DNA from: Bdellovibrionales bacterium
Lineage (GTDB): Bacteria; Bdellovibrionota; Bdellovibrionia; Bdellovibrionales; JAUICD01
Direction of reading: 5' to 3'
DNA: 64,000 bases
Assembly (NCBI GenBank): GCA_965197425.1
Contig: CBDANC010000015.1
Coordinates: 320,001 to 384,000, forward strand
Shown: positions 8,995-19,022 of the stretch, in pieces
Layout: each line of letters begins with the position of its first letter
Numbering within the stretch: position 1 is the first letter of the stretch
The notes under the pieces: model-generated
The model's database searches: none
Seen by the model: only the letters and a program-made list of their open reading frames with translations
What the model was told of the DNA's origin: nothing
Translations under genes and position numbers: made by a program

Positions 8995-10905
8995 ATGCCA
9001 ACTGTTCCTGATCAAGGCGAAGACGCAAATTCTAAGGCTAATACAGCCGACAACAAAATCAAACATCATAAAAGAAAACAACAAGAAAAATATCAAGTAT
9101 TAAAAGCTTTGGATAAACACGATGCTGATATTGAAAAAAATCCAAGTGCTCTGGAAAATTACAATGGAGATGAATCCTTCGATAAACTCTTTAAAGAATC
9201 AACAGAAAAGTCCTTTAACCAAGGCGAAATAGTAAAGGGAACAATAGTCGATGTCCAAGATGACTTTGTGTTGGTTGATATCAACTATAAATCAGAAGGA
9301 CTTATACCAATTGACGAATTCAAAACTTCGCAAAACAAAGAAGTAAAAGTTGGTGACGAGATAGAAGTATATATAGAAAGAAAAGAAAACGAAAACGGCA
9401 TGGTCGTAATAAGCAAAGATAAAGCAGATATTTTAAGGTCTTGGAACGACATGTCAAAAGCTGCTAAAAACAGTGATATTGTTGAGGGTACGATTCTTTC
9501 TAGGGTTAAAGGTGGGTTGAGTGTTGATATAGGTGTTAAGGCATTTTTGCCGGGTAGTCAGATTGATCTTAGGCCTGTTAGAAATTTAGATGCCTATATT
9601 GGTAAGAAATTTAAGTTTAAGGTCATTAAGTTTAATGAGAAACGGGGTAACATTGTGGTTTCTAGAAGAGCTATTTTGGAGCAGGACAGGGAAAGTCTTA
9701 AGACTAATACTTTGGATAGTATAAAAAGTGGTGAGTCCGTTAAGGGTATTGTTAAAAATATAACAGATTATGGTGCATTTATTGATTTGGGCGGAATGGA
9801 TGGTTTGTTGCATATCACTGATATTAGTTGGAAGAGAATTAAGCATCCATCTGAGGTGTTAAAGCTTGGTGATCAGATAGAGGTTAAGGTTTTAAAGTAC
9901 AGTGAAAAGTCGGGTAGGGTGAGTTTAGGTTTAAAGCAGTTGGAACCGGATCCTTGGTCTGAAGTGGTATCTATCTTTAAGATAGGTGACAAAACAAGTG
10001 GTAATGTTGTGAGTGTGACTGACTATGGTGCTTTTGTTGAGCTAAAGAACGGGATTGAGGGTTTAATTCATGTAAGTGAGATGAGCTGGACTAAGAGGAT
10101 CAAACATCCTTCTGAGCGAGTTTCTATTGGTGAAACTGTGGATGTAGTTGTTTTGGCCACTGATACTGAAAACAGGCGTATTAGCCTGGGTATGAAGCAG
10201 CTTGAGTTTAATCCTTGGGAAGAGTTGAGTAAAACTTATGAGGTTGGTTCAATAATTGAGGGAGAAGTTAAGTCTGTTACTGATTTTGGGATATTTGTAG
10301 GTGTAGAAGAAGGTGTTGATGGTTTAATTCACATCTCCGATTTGTCTTGGACTAAGAGAATTAAGCATCCATCTGAACTTTATAAAAAAGGTGATCTTAT
10401 AAGGGCTGTTGTTTTGGGTGTAAATGCTTCTGAGGAGAGATTTAGCCTTGGTATAAAACAGCTTGAGGAGGATCCTTGGAGTTATGTTGATACTAAGTTT
10501 ACCGCAGGAACTGTGCATGAAGTTGAGGTTGTTAAGCTTACAGACTTTGGTGTTTTTGTAAAACTTGATCCTAAAATAGAAGGACTTATACACATAAGTG
10601 AGCTTTCTAGGGGCAGGGTTGAAAAGGCAAGTGATGTGGTAAGTGTTGGAGATAAAATTAAGGCTGAAGTAGTTACTGTAGATAAAGATGCTAGAAAAAT
10701 TGTTTTAAGTACTAGAAGTGTTGGCCTTAGGGATAAGCAGGAAAAACCTGCAAACTTTGGTGATCTGTTTGCTGATAAACTCCAGCAGGCTACTACCTCT
10801 GATACTTCTGGAGACGATGTATCTAACAAAGATACCACTGTTGAAGAGAATGTTGATTCTAAAACTGAAACTAAAACTGAAACTGAATCTGAAAGCGATT
10901 CTTAG
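8995..10905 (+). CDS. rpsA: 30S ribosomal protein S1
   Basis: Six S1 repeats (TDYGAFIDLGGMDGLLHITDISW etc.). Confidence 0.97.
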   Translation: MPTVPDQGEDANSKANTADNKIKHHKRKQQEKYQVLKALDKHDADIEKNPSALENYNGDESFDKLFKESTEKSFNQGEIVKGTIVDVQDDFVLVDINYKSEGLIPIDEFKTSQNKEVKVGDEIEVYIERKENENGMVVISKDKADILRSWNDMSKAAKNSDIVEGTILSRVKGGLSVDIGVKAFLPGSQIDLRPVRNLDAYIGKKFKFKVIKFNEKRGNIVVSRRAILEQDRESLKTNTLDSIKSGESVKGIVKNITDYGAFIDLGGMDGLLHITDISWKRIKHPSEVLKLGDQIEVKVLKYSEKSGRVSLGLKQLEPDPWSEVVSIFKIGDKTSGNVVSVTDYGAFVELKNGIEGLIHVSEMSWTKRIKHPSERVSIGETVDVVVLATDTENRRISLGMKQLEFNPWEELSKTYEVGSIIEGEVKSVTDFGIFVGVEEGVDGLIHISDLSWTKRIKHPSELYKKGDLIRAVVLGVNASEERFSLGIKQLEEDPWSYVDTKFTAGTVHEVEVVKLTDFGVFVKLDPKIEGLIHISELSRGRVEKASDVVSVGDKIKAEVVTVDKDARKIVLSTRSVGLRDKQEKPANFGDLFADKLQQATTSDTSGDDVSNKDTTVEENVDSKTETKTETESESDS

Positions 10906-10948
10906 TTATAAATTTTTAATGTTAAAAAATAAATTATAAGAAGACAAA

Positions 10949-11893
10949 ATGAGAAATACGGATATAAAACCTTTAATTACGCCATCTAAGCTAATTCTTA
11001 TCATGTTTGTATTGTTGCTGTTTTTGGCCCTTTTTACTGTAGGTAGCTGTGTGATGGGTGCATTTACCACTAGAGTGAGTTTACCTATGTCACCTTCTGT
11101 TTTGGTAATGGACATTGAGGGTATCATTTTAGATTCCAAGAAATTTCTGCGTGTTTTAAACAAGCATATAGCAGACACCAGTGTTAAAGCAGTTGTTGTG
11201 AGGATAAATTCTCCTGGTGGAGCCGTAGGACCTAGTCAGGATATGTACAGAGAGTTGGTTAATGTAAGGAAGAAGTATAACAAACCTATAGTGATGGCAT
11301 TTAACTCTGTGGCTGCAAGTGGTGCTTATTATGTTTCACTTGGTGCTGATAAAATTGTAACCAATCCTGGGACAGTTGTGGGTTCCATCGGTGTTATAAT
11401 GGATTTTGCTAACATGGAAGAGCTCTATGATTGGGCGATGATAGATAGATTTTCTATTAAAACTGGTAAGTATAAGGACACTGGCTCTTCTTATAGAACT
11501 ATGACAACTGATGAAAGATACTATCTTCAGGGTATTTTGGATGAAATTTTAGATCAGTTTAAGACTGCTATAGCTGAAGGTAGAGATTTACCTGCTGATG
11601 TTATAGATCAGTATGCTGATGGAAGAATTTTTACTGGGGTTAAGGCTGTAGATCTTGGGTTTGCAGATGAGGTTGGTAATTTTTCTGATGCTGTTAAGTT
11701 AGCCTCGGAGTTATCTGGTTTTGATACGCTTGAAGTCTTTGAACCAATGCACTCCAAGTTGTCATTTCTGGGATTGTTGGGTGATCTGGATTCATCTGCA
11801 TTGGATTCTATAAATCCAAAAGATCTTGTCAAACTGATGCACTTAAACTTATTAGGCAGGCCATTGTTTTTAATGCCTAGCTATAAATACTAA
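10949..11893 (+). CDS. sppA: Signal peptide peptidase SppA (36-kDa type)
   Basis: RINSPGGAV, AASGAYY, GSIGVI, KTGKYKD, DGRIFTG motifs. Confidence 0.93.
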   Translation: MRNTDIKPLITPSKLILIMFVLLLFLALFTVGSCVMGAFTTRVSLPMSPSVLVMDIEGIILDSKKFLRVLNKHIADTSVKAVVVRINSPGGAVGPSQDMYRELVNVRKKYNKPIVMAFNSVAASGAYYVSLGADKIVTNPGTVVGSIGVIMDFANMEELYDWAMIDRFSIKTGKYKDTGSSYRTMTTDERYYLQGILDEILDQFKTAIAEGRDLPADVIDQYADGRIFTGVKAVDLGFADEVGNFSDAVKLASELSGFDTLEVFEPMHSKLSFLGLLGDLDSSALDSINPKDLVKLMHLNLLGRPLFLMPSYKY

Positions 11894-12043
11894 AGATCTT
11901 CCCCAGCTCTGGACACTGATGCTGATCCCGTTTCTCAAGGTCTTCCGAACGAAGCAAAAATAAGTGGACTTGTTCACTTATTTTGCCGAGTGGTTGCCCA
12001 GCTCTGGACACTGATGCTGATCCCGTTTCTCAAGGTCTTCCGA
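11891..12043 (-). repeat. Modular intergenic repeat, locus C (two tandem units, reverse orientation; overlaps sppA stop)
   Basis: Perfect 47-bp direct repeat 11902..11948 / 11997..12043 around a hairpin module. Confidence 0.92.
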
Positions 12044-12144
12044 TCAGGCCAAATAAATTCATTGAGCAGAGCGTAGCACTTTAGCGTAAGGGTAGTATTT
12101 TGAACTCTTATTGTATTTTGTATAGATTATGGTTAGCCTGGGGT

Positions 12145-12642
12145 GTGGACATTTTGTTTCGTCCAGATCGTATGAGTTATGTTAAGCAAGATATGGGTGC
12201 TAAGGATAGCTGTGTTTTTTGCAAGCAGAGGGACGAAGGTTTGAACTTCGAAACCCTTGTACTATATAAGGGTGAGCTTAGCATGACTTTGTTAAATAAA
12301 TATCCTTACAATGGAGGGCATATGTTGGTTTTGCCTACCAGGCATGAGAGTAGCTTGCTAAACCTTTCTCCTGAGGAATATTCTAGTTTAAATGCACTGC
12401 TTAGAAGTTCACTCGCCATATTAAGAGATGTGCTTAATCCTAGTGCTGTAAATATTGGAGTTAATATGGGTGCTGATGCTGGAGCAGGTCTGCCCGGTCA
12501 CTTACATTATCATATTGTTCCTAGATGGAAAGGGGATACCAACTTTTTTCCAATAACTGCGAACTCCAAGGTACTTCCTAGTGATCTAGAAACAGTTTAC
12601 AACAAGTTAAGTCCTAGTTTTAAAGATTTGGAACAATGTTAG
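12145..12642 (+). CDS. HIT family hydrolase (FHIT/Ap4A phosphorylase-like)
   Basis: CVFC, NKYPYNGGH, HLHYHIVPRW histidine triad; likely GTG start at 12145. Confidence 0.9.
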   Translation: MDILFRPDRMSYVKQDMGAKDSCVFCKQRDEGLNFETLVLYKGELSMTLLNKYPYNGGHMLVLPTRHESSLLNLSPEEYSSLNALLRSSLAILRDVLNPSAVNIGVNMGADAGAGLPGHLHYHIVPRWKGDTNFFPITANSKVLPSDLETVYNKLSPSFKDLEQC

Positions 12643-13046
12643 AAAAATCACATTTAGATCATGTAGGTGTAGCCGTCCATTCGATAGAAAGAGCACTTGA
12701 GTTTTATAAGTTACTTGGGTGTAAGGACTTTGTGATTAAAGAAGTTCCAAGTGAAATGGTTAGAGTTTGTTTGATAGAGCTTAGCAATACAAAGTTAGAA
12801 TTAATAGAGCCCACCAGCCCTGATAGTCCTGTAAGTAAATTCCTTAGTAAAAGAGGTGAGGGTTTACATCAAATTTGTTTTAGGGTTTCTGATTTGAAAG
12901 AAGCAGTGGAGATGTTGAAAAAAAATAATGTTAAGTTTATAGGTGATGATTCAAAGGCGGGCGCTTATGGCAAGGTTTCTTTTATACATCCGAAATCAGC
13001 TCATGGTGTTTTAGTAGAGCTGGTGGAGCTTGAAGGATCAAGCTGA
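12636..13046 (+). CDS. mce: Methylmalonyl-CoA epimerase (VOC family)
   Basis: LDHVGVAV, LELIEP, RGEGLHQI, FIHPKSAHGVLVELVE. Confidence 0.9.
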   Translation: MLEKSHLDHVGVAVHSIERALEFYKLLGCKDFVIKEVPSEMVRVCLIELSNTKLELIEPTSPDSPVSKFLSKRGEGLHQICFRVSDLKEAVEMLKKNNVKFIGDDSKAGAYGKVSFIHPKSAHGVLVELVELEGSS

Positions 13047-13110
13047 TATGTTTTTGATTTGTTATATGGTATTTGGTGGTAACAATAATTTTTTCTTTTT
13101 TTAGAATTTT

Positions 13111-13764
13111 GTGATGATACATTATGGTTTGCCTTTTCGCGGTATTGTTAAAAGGCTTGTGATTATAAATGTTGTTATTTGGATTGTCTTGCAACTCATT
13201 GTAGGAGGTCTTTTTAAGATCCCTATTAATAGTTTCTTTGGCCTTTCTACTTACAATGTTTTTACAAATTTTTTAATTTTCGAGCCATTTACTTATATGT
13301 TTTTACATGGTTCTAGCCCTTTTCACATACTTTTTAATATGCTTATGCTCTGGTTTTTTGGCACAGAGCTAGAGCGAATTTGGGGCAGACCATTTTTTTT
13401 GCTGTATTACATTGTTTGTGGAGTTGGTTCCGGATTGGTTTATCTTTTGGTAAAAACGATTATTTTTTGGGTTATAGGCAGAGATCCTGTTGATATGATT
13501 ACGGTTATTGGATCATCTGGTGCCATTTTTGGACTTATGTTGGCCTATGGAATTTTGTTTAGTGAAAGAACTGTATATTTTATGATGATGTTTCCTATGA
13601 AGGTAAAGTGGATGGTGACAATAATTGGTGGAATTTCTCTTATAGCACTGTTGCAATCTGGTATAGATGGTAGTGGGGTTTCTAACCTGTCTCACTTGGG
13701 GGGCATTATGGTAGGTTATTTATTCTTGGTCACTTGGACAAAAATTGCTAATAGAAGAAGTTAA
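13111..13764 (+). CDS. Rhomboid family intramembrane serine protease
   Basis: TYMFLH..HILFNM, GSSG, HLGG motifs; multiple TM segments. Confidence 0.92.
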   Translation: MMIHYGLPFRGIVKRLVIINVVIWIVLQLIVGGLFKIPINSFFGLSTYNVFTNFLIFEPFTYMFLHGSSPFHILFNMLMLWFFGTELERIWGRPFFLLYYIVCGVGSGLVYLLVKTIIFWVIGRDPVDMITVIGSSGAIFGLMLAYGILFSERTVYFMMMFPMKVKWMVTIIGGISLIALLQSGIDGSGVSNLSHLGGIMVGYLFLVTWTKIANRRS

Positions 13765-13820
13765 GGTTTACATTCTTGGGGATTTTGTGTTAGGTTCCCT
13801 ACAGTTTTTTGGAGGTTATT

Positions 13821-14060
13821 TTGTCATTTAATAAGAGTTTTTCTGAGTTAAAATTTGATAAACGGATGAAGGACTGGAACCTTAAGCAGGGTTTTGTAAC
13901 AGAACAAGAGTATCAGGATCGCTTAAAATCTCTTGATGATGCTCAGGACAACAGTGTTTTGCTTTCAATAGAAGAGTCAGCAAAATCTGAGAGCGATAGC
14001 AGTTCTCCTAATCAGGAAGATACAGAACAAATAGAAGAATCTATAGATTCCAGTAATTGA
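13821..14060 (+). CDS. Small hypothetical protein with acidic tail
   Basis: GGAGG RBS before TTG at 13821; KFDKRMKDWNLKQG core. Confidence 0.6.
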   Translation: MSFNKSFSELKFDKRMKDWNLKQGFVTEQEYQDRLKSLDDAQDNSVLLSIEESAKSESDSSSPNQEDTEQIEESIDSSN

Positions 14061-14205
14061 AACTGGATCAACATCTTGTTCCAGAGCTGGGCAACCACTC
14101 GGATAAAAAACCTTGGTTTTAAAGTTACTGTGTCAAAACGTAATTCACCTGGCAAAAGTCGGCGAAGCCGACTTGTTGCCAGGTTCAATCAATGCTGGGG
14201 AAGAC
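14061..14205 (+). repeat. Modular intergenic repeat, locus D
   Basis: ggatcaacatcttgttccagagctgggcaaccactcgg...aagtcggcGAAgccgactt hairpin...gctggggaagac. Confidence 0.85.
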
Positions 14206-14297
14206 AAACCTTAGCTTATTTAAGTATTTGACTTGTATTAGCATGTCTAGGACACTTTATCGAAAATGTTACGCTTGTTATTATGTAGGGGAATTAG

Positions 14298-15707
14298 GTG
14301 TCTTGTTGTTTGAAACATGAGCTAAAAAACAATTACCAGTGGAGTATCCACTACCAGCGGAGTATCCGCAGTTTTTCTAAAAGTATTTGGCTTTTTAGTT
14401 TGTGTTTGTTTTTTTTCAGTGGGGCTCAGGTAGCCTATTCTGATGTAGATTCCCCTAGTATAAATTTAGATGTAGAAAAATATGTTTTAGATAACGGACT
14501 TACCGTAATTTTACACGAAGATCATTCGTCTGGTTTAGTTAGTTATCATACTTGGTTTAGGGTTGGTTCAAAGGACGAGAATCCTAATTTAACTGGCTTA
14601 GCTCATTTGTTTGAACACATGATGTTTAAGGGCGCAAAACGATACACCGGTAAAGAGTATGAGGAATTGTTGAGAAGAAATGGTGGCAGAAACAATGCCT
14701 TCACCTCCCATGACTATACAGGATATTATGTGAACATTGGCTCTAGTAAGTTGGAGCTTGTAATGGACTTAGAATCTGATCGTATGGAGTCTTTGGCCAT
14801 TAGTGGGGCCAATTTAAATAGTGAGAGGGATGTTGTAAAAGAAGAAAGACGTTTTAGAGTTGATAACAGTATAGCTGGTTTTATGCAGGAAAAACTATTT
14901 TCTACAGTCTATAATGTTCATTCCTACAAATGGCCCATTATTGGATCAATGGAGCATTTGAGTAATGCTACTGTCGATCAGTGTAAGGATTTTTTTAAAA
15001 GATACTATGCTCCTAACAATGCAGTCTTGGTTGTTGTTGGTGACTTTAAAACAAGTAAGGTTAAGAAGTTGATAAATAAATACTATGCTCATATTAGGCC
15101 ACAGGAAATCAAAAAGAATAAAATTTTATCAGAGCCAGTTCAACAGGCAGCAAGGCAAGTTACAGTATCTAAAGAAATTCAAAATCCTAGAATATCTGTT
15201 GGATACCCCATCTCCAAAGCTGGAGATATTGATTCCTATGTGATGGATGTATTGTCAAATATTTTGGGTGGTGGAGAATCCAGTAGGTTACATAGAAAGC
15301 TGGTAGTAGAGCAGGAGCTGGCTAGTATGGCTGGGACCTATTCTTATTCACCTGAGGATCCTGGGGTATTTAATATTGCAGTTGATGTTAGAAATGGTAT
15401 TAATGTTGATTTGGTTTTAGAGCTTATTGAAAGTGAACTTTCTAAGTTACAAACTTCTAAAGTTAGTGCTGTTGAATTAGAGCAGTCTAAGAAATTTATT
15501 TTATTATCTCATATAGAAAGCCTAAAAACAGTAAGTGGAAAGGCTCAGAGTTTGGCTTTGAATGAAGTTGTGATGAAGGATTATAAATTTTTGTTTTCAG
15601 ATCTAGAAAAATATCAATCTGTAACGGCTGAGGATATTGTAAGAGTATCAAAGAAATATTTTGATAAAACTAAGCGTAATTTGATAGTGGTAAGACCTAA
15701 AGGGTGA
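14298..15707 (+). CDS. M16 family zinc peptidase, catalytic subunit (start uncertain)
   Basis: HxxEH (AHLFEHMMF), NAFTSHDYT. Confidence 0.92.
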   Translation: MSCCLKHELKNNYQWSIHYQRSIRSFSKSIWLFSLCLFFFSGAQVAYSDVDSPSINLDVEKYVLDNGLTVILHEDHSSGLVSYHTWFRVGSKDENPNLTGLAHLFEHMMFKGAKRYTGKEYEELLRRNGGRNNAFTSHDYTGYYVNIGSSKLELVMDLESDRMESLAISGANLNSERDVVKEERRFRVDNSIAGFMQEKLFSTVYNVHSYKWPIIGSMEHLSNATVDQCKDFFKRYYAPNNAVLVVVGDFKTSKVKKLINKYYAHIRPQEIKKNKILSEPVQQAARQVTVSKEIQNPRISVGYPISKAGDIDSYVMDVLSNILGGGESSRLHRKLVVEQELASMAGTYSYSPEDPGVFNIAVDVRNGINVDLVLELIESELSKLQTSKVSAVELEQSKKFILLSHIESLKTVSGKAQSLALNEVVMKDYKFLFSDLEKYQSVTAEDIVRVSKKYFDKTKRNLIVVRPKG

Positions 15708-17122
15708 AGAGTTATATGACATATAAAGAGCTAGTAGACTCATCTTTAGTGCTAAAAAAAGTAGGCATAGCCTCCTTATTTTTGATTTCATGTACTACAA
15801 CTCAAAAGATGGATAGTACAAAGGCCTTAAGACCTCATGCAACTTTAAAGTTGTCCAATGGCCTTGAGGTTTTGACAATAGAGGATCGCACATTACCTTA
15901 TGTGGATGTGGCTCTATTGGTTGGAGTAGGGACTTCTACTGAGCGTGAAAAAACCAGGGGTATTACTAGTTTGACAGGTGACCTTTTAACTGGTGGTACT
16001 AAGAGTAAAACAAAAGAAGAAGTTATAAATGCTTTTGCTTTGTTAGGTACTGAGCTTAGTGTGGGTGTATCTAAAGATTATACTCTTTTAAGTGCGAGTA
16101 GTTTATCTGATGATCAGGTGAAACTATATACAATTTTATCTGAGGTTGTATCTGAATCTTCTTTTAAAAACTCTGAAGTTTTAAGGAGCAAAACAAGGCT
16201 CATATCTGAGATTGAAAAAATGCCTGATGAAACTAGGGTTTTTTCTAAAAAGCTGTATGATGAATTTTTATTTGGTCAGTCTTCTTATGCCTACGATGTG
16301 TTAGGTTCCAAGGACAGTTTAGAAAATATATTAAGTAAGCAAGTAGCAGACTATTACAAAAAATATTTTGTTCCTTCTAATGCTACTCTTATTGTAGTTG
16401 GTAATTTTAGTTCTGATCTAAAAGGTGACTTAGAAAAAACTTTTGGGTCTTGGCCTTCTGTTAACAAAGCAAAAGCCACACTTGTTCGTACATCTATGGA
16501 TAATTTAGACGGGCATAAGGTAAGGCTTGTTGGTAAAGATGATTTGGTTCAGGCTCAAATCAAAATTGGATCTCTTGGCATTGATAGATCAAATGAGGAT
16601 TATTTAAAACTGCAGGTTGCTGGAACTATATTGGGTGAGGGATTTTCGAGTAGATTGATGGAAAAAATAAGAAACCAACTTGGGCTTACATATTATATTT
16701 CAAGTTCTTTTGAGAGTTTTATGTATGCAGGGTCATTTATGGTTGAGACCTTTACAAAAAACAGTACGGTGAGAAAAACCATCGATGAAATTTTGCTAAT
16801 ACTAGATGATCTTTATACTAATGGTGTTACTGCTTCTGAGTTGCAAATGGCCAAGGATTATTTAGTTGGTTCGTTTCCTTCGAAATTGGATACTGCAATT
16901 AAACAAGCTTTGATTTTGGCAGACTTAAAATTTTATGGTGTGGATCAAAGTTATCTTACAGATTATGTTTCAAATGTAAAATCACTAACTTTGGAAGATG
17001 TGAATGGTGCTATAAAGAGAAATATCAATCCCAAAAAATTGAAAATATTAGTGTACGGTAATATTAAGAGTACAAAAGATCAGTTAAAGGGTATAGGAAC
17101 TTTAGAGGTTAGGGCTCTTTAA
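15704..17122 (+). CDS. M16 family peptidase, non-catalytic partner subunit, possible lipoprotein
   Basis: M16 fold motifs (SSRLMEKIRNQLGLTY) without HxxEH; overlaps upstream gene; FLISC lipobox-like. Confidence 0.85.
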   Translation: MKSYMTYKELVDSSLVLKKVGIASLFLISCTTTQKMDSTKALRPHATLKLSNGLEVLTIEDRTLPYVDVALLVGVGTSTEREKTRGITSLTGDLLTGGTKSKTKEEVINAFALLGTELSVGVSKDYTLLSASSLSDDQVKLYTILSEVVSESSFKNSEVLRSKTRLISEIEKMPDETRVFSKKLYDEFLFGQSSYAYDVLGSKDSLENILSKQVADYYKKYFVPSNATLIVVGNFSSDLKGDLEKTFGSWPSVNKAKATLVRTSMDNLDGHKVRLVGKDDLVQAQIKIGSLGIDRSNEDYLKLQVAGTILGEGFSSRLMEKIRNQLGLTYYISSSFESFMYAGSFMVETFTKNSTVRKTIDEILLILDDLYTNGVTASELQMAKDYLVGSFPSKLDTAIKQALILADLKFYGVDQSYLTDYVSNVKSLTLEDVNGAIKRNINPKKLKILVYGNIKSTKDQLKGIGTLEVRAL

Positions 17123-17173
17123 ATTTCACATTAAAAGTTTTGTTGTATTAAAGCCCGATTGATGGATCAGTTT

Positions 17174-18073
17174 TTAGCTGTCTTTTTGTCCAATTAAAAC
17201 TTTTATGAATAGTTCGGTTGTGGGATCATTAGCTTTGGTTTTTGATCTATAGCAGGCTAATTGCATAGAGTATTCAAATCCTCTAATGTTTATTCTTTTT
17301 AGTCTATAGTTTTCTATATACTTTTGCACGGAGTGTAGTGGTAGGAATCCCCAACCTACACCTGTTTCTATCATTCTTTCTAGTGTGTCTACATTGGAAG
17401 ATTCAAAAATTGGTTTTGCAATAATTCCTACTTTCTTTAGCTCTTTAGCGAGGAAGCTTTCAAATCCTGGGTACTGCCCCGATATCATTACCAGTGGTCT
17501 GTCGTTTATGTCTTTTAGGTCAATAGTAGTAGGTGTTACATCTTTACCCGAGGTTACAAATACAATTTCTGTTTTGGTTAGCAAAAATTTTTCTGTATCC
17601 CTGGGTTCAATCCCAAACTCTTCATTGGCATCTGGTAAAACCAATAAATCAATCTCATTTTTCTCTAGCATTTTTAGTAAACTTGCACCTGACTCATATT
17701 TTAACAGCAGTCTTACCTTGTTATTGCCCTTTAAAAATATACCAAACACAGGGCCTAATAGATGTAGGCCTATGGAATTTAAAGTTCCCACTCTTAATGG
17801 TCCACTTAAACCAATACCTACAGTTTGAATTGCCAGCTCTGCTTGACTGGATAACTTTAAGATACGTTGAGAATAGTTGTACAATATCTCACCCTGAGGG
17901 GTGGGTTTTACCCGCCTCACACCCCTAACCAAAAGCTCAACACCCATGTACTCCTCTAGAAGTTTAATTTGTTGACTGATAGCAGGTTGTGTCAAAAAAA
18001 GCTTCCTAGCGGCAGCTGTCATGCTGCTCTCACTTAGTACCGTACAAAATGTTTTAATATGCTGAAAATTCAC
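17174..18073 (-). CDS. LysR family transcriptional regulator
   Basis: SMTAAARKLFLTQPAISQQIKLLE HTH; 299 aa. Confidence 0.95.
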   Translation of the reverse strand: MNFQHIKTFCTVLSESSMTAAARKLFLTQPAISQQIKLLEEYMGVELLVRGVRRVKPTPQGEILYNYSQRILKLSSQAELAIQTVGIGLSGPLRVGTLNSIGLHLLGPVFGIFLKGNNKVRLLLKYESGASLLKMLEKNEIDLLVLPDANEEFGIEPRDTEKFLLTKTEIVFVTSGKDVTPTTIDLKDINDRPLVMISGQYPGFESFLAKELKKVGIIAKPIFESSNVDTLERMIETGVGWGFLPLHSVQKYIENYRLKRINIRGFEYSMQLACYRSKTKANDPTTELFIKVLIGQKDS

Positions 18074-18285
18074 GATCGACTAAGCTAGTATAAATTTTTC
18101 TTCTAGGCACTATAAAAATTTTGTGTTTGAAGTTTTTTCTATCGTGGCAAAGGGTACGGTTTGTTTTTGACATGCTCTGTTATGTATTAGCAGCTGTTAT
18201 ATCTTTAGTTTTGTATTTTTTGTTTATTTGGTCTTTCCACAAAGTCTTTGCATTGCTAAGTGGGGTAATTTTATACTTATATGCT

Positions 18286-19005
18286 GTGAGATATTTGCTT
18301 TTGTTGCCTCTTTTTGTAAGTAGTGTACAGGCTGACACTTTTAAGAACTCTTACATTAACTTTTCACTACCTGATAGGTGGAAGTGTGTAAGTAGTAAAA
18401 CTGAGTGGATTTGTCAGGATACCGATGCTGGTAGGAGCAGAGAGGCTATTGTAATACTGACTGCCAAACAGGTTGGGCCTAAGGATTCTCTGGATGAGTA
18501 TATCAATTATTTAAGTCAACCTAAGAGAGTACCAGGGGCTCCGGGACCTTCTGAGATTAGAGTAAGACCTAAAAGAGTGCAGATTGCTAATCATGGTTGG
18601 GTTGATTCTATTCATTTAGGTTCTGAGTTACCCAACTTTTTTACTAGATATTTGGCTACTACAAAAAAGAATTTGGCAGTGCTGGTAACCTTGAGTGCTC
18701 ATAGAACTGCTTACCAAAAATATTCTTTGGGCTTTAGCAATTTGGTAAATAGTATAAGAGTTACATCTGACAACAATTTACTTACCAGCCCTCAAAATAT
18801 ACCTACTATTGGTAAATCTTCTGATACTGGTACTCTTGGTGGTTCAATGCAAAATGTTCTCTCCGATGATGATCTATTGTTGAATGAAAGTGCCGTGCCT
18901 CCGCCTGAATCTAAGGGGGATGATTCTAGTAGATATATTTTGATACTCATACTAGCGGTGGTTGGTATTGTTGGTTATTATGTGATTTCTAAGAAGAAAA
19001 AATAA
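18286..19005 (+). CDS. Secreted/membrane-anchored hypothetical protein
   Basis: Likely GTG start at 18286 giving signal peptide MRYLLLLPLFVSSVQA; C-terminal TM plus KKKK. Confidence 0.65.
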   Translation: MRYLLLLPLFVSSVQADTFKNSYINFSLPDRWKCVSSKTEWICQDTDAGRSREAIVILTAKQVGPKDSLDEYINYLSQPKRVPGAPGPSEIRVRPKRVQIANHGWVDSIHLGSELPNFFTRYLATTKKNLAVLVTLSAHRTAYQKYSLGFSNLVNSIRVTSDNNLLTSPQNIPTIGKSSDTGTLGGSMQNVLSDDDLLLNESAVPPPESKGDDSSRYILILILAVVGIVGYYVISKKKK

Positions 19006-19022
19006 TTATTTATTCTTACCCA

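Noticed and set aside
10858..10895. 6-bp repeats at the rpsA 3' end (KTETKTETESE)
   Set aside because: Ordinary low-complexity tail with no sign of a separate function.
11891..12043. CRISPR array or integron attC cassette array
   Set aside because: At most 2-3 units per locus, with reused rather than unique spacers; no cas or intI gene; ends are not complementary RYYYAAC/GTTRRRY cores.
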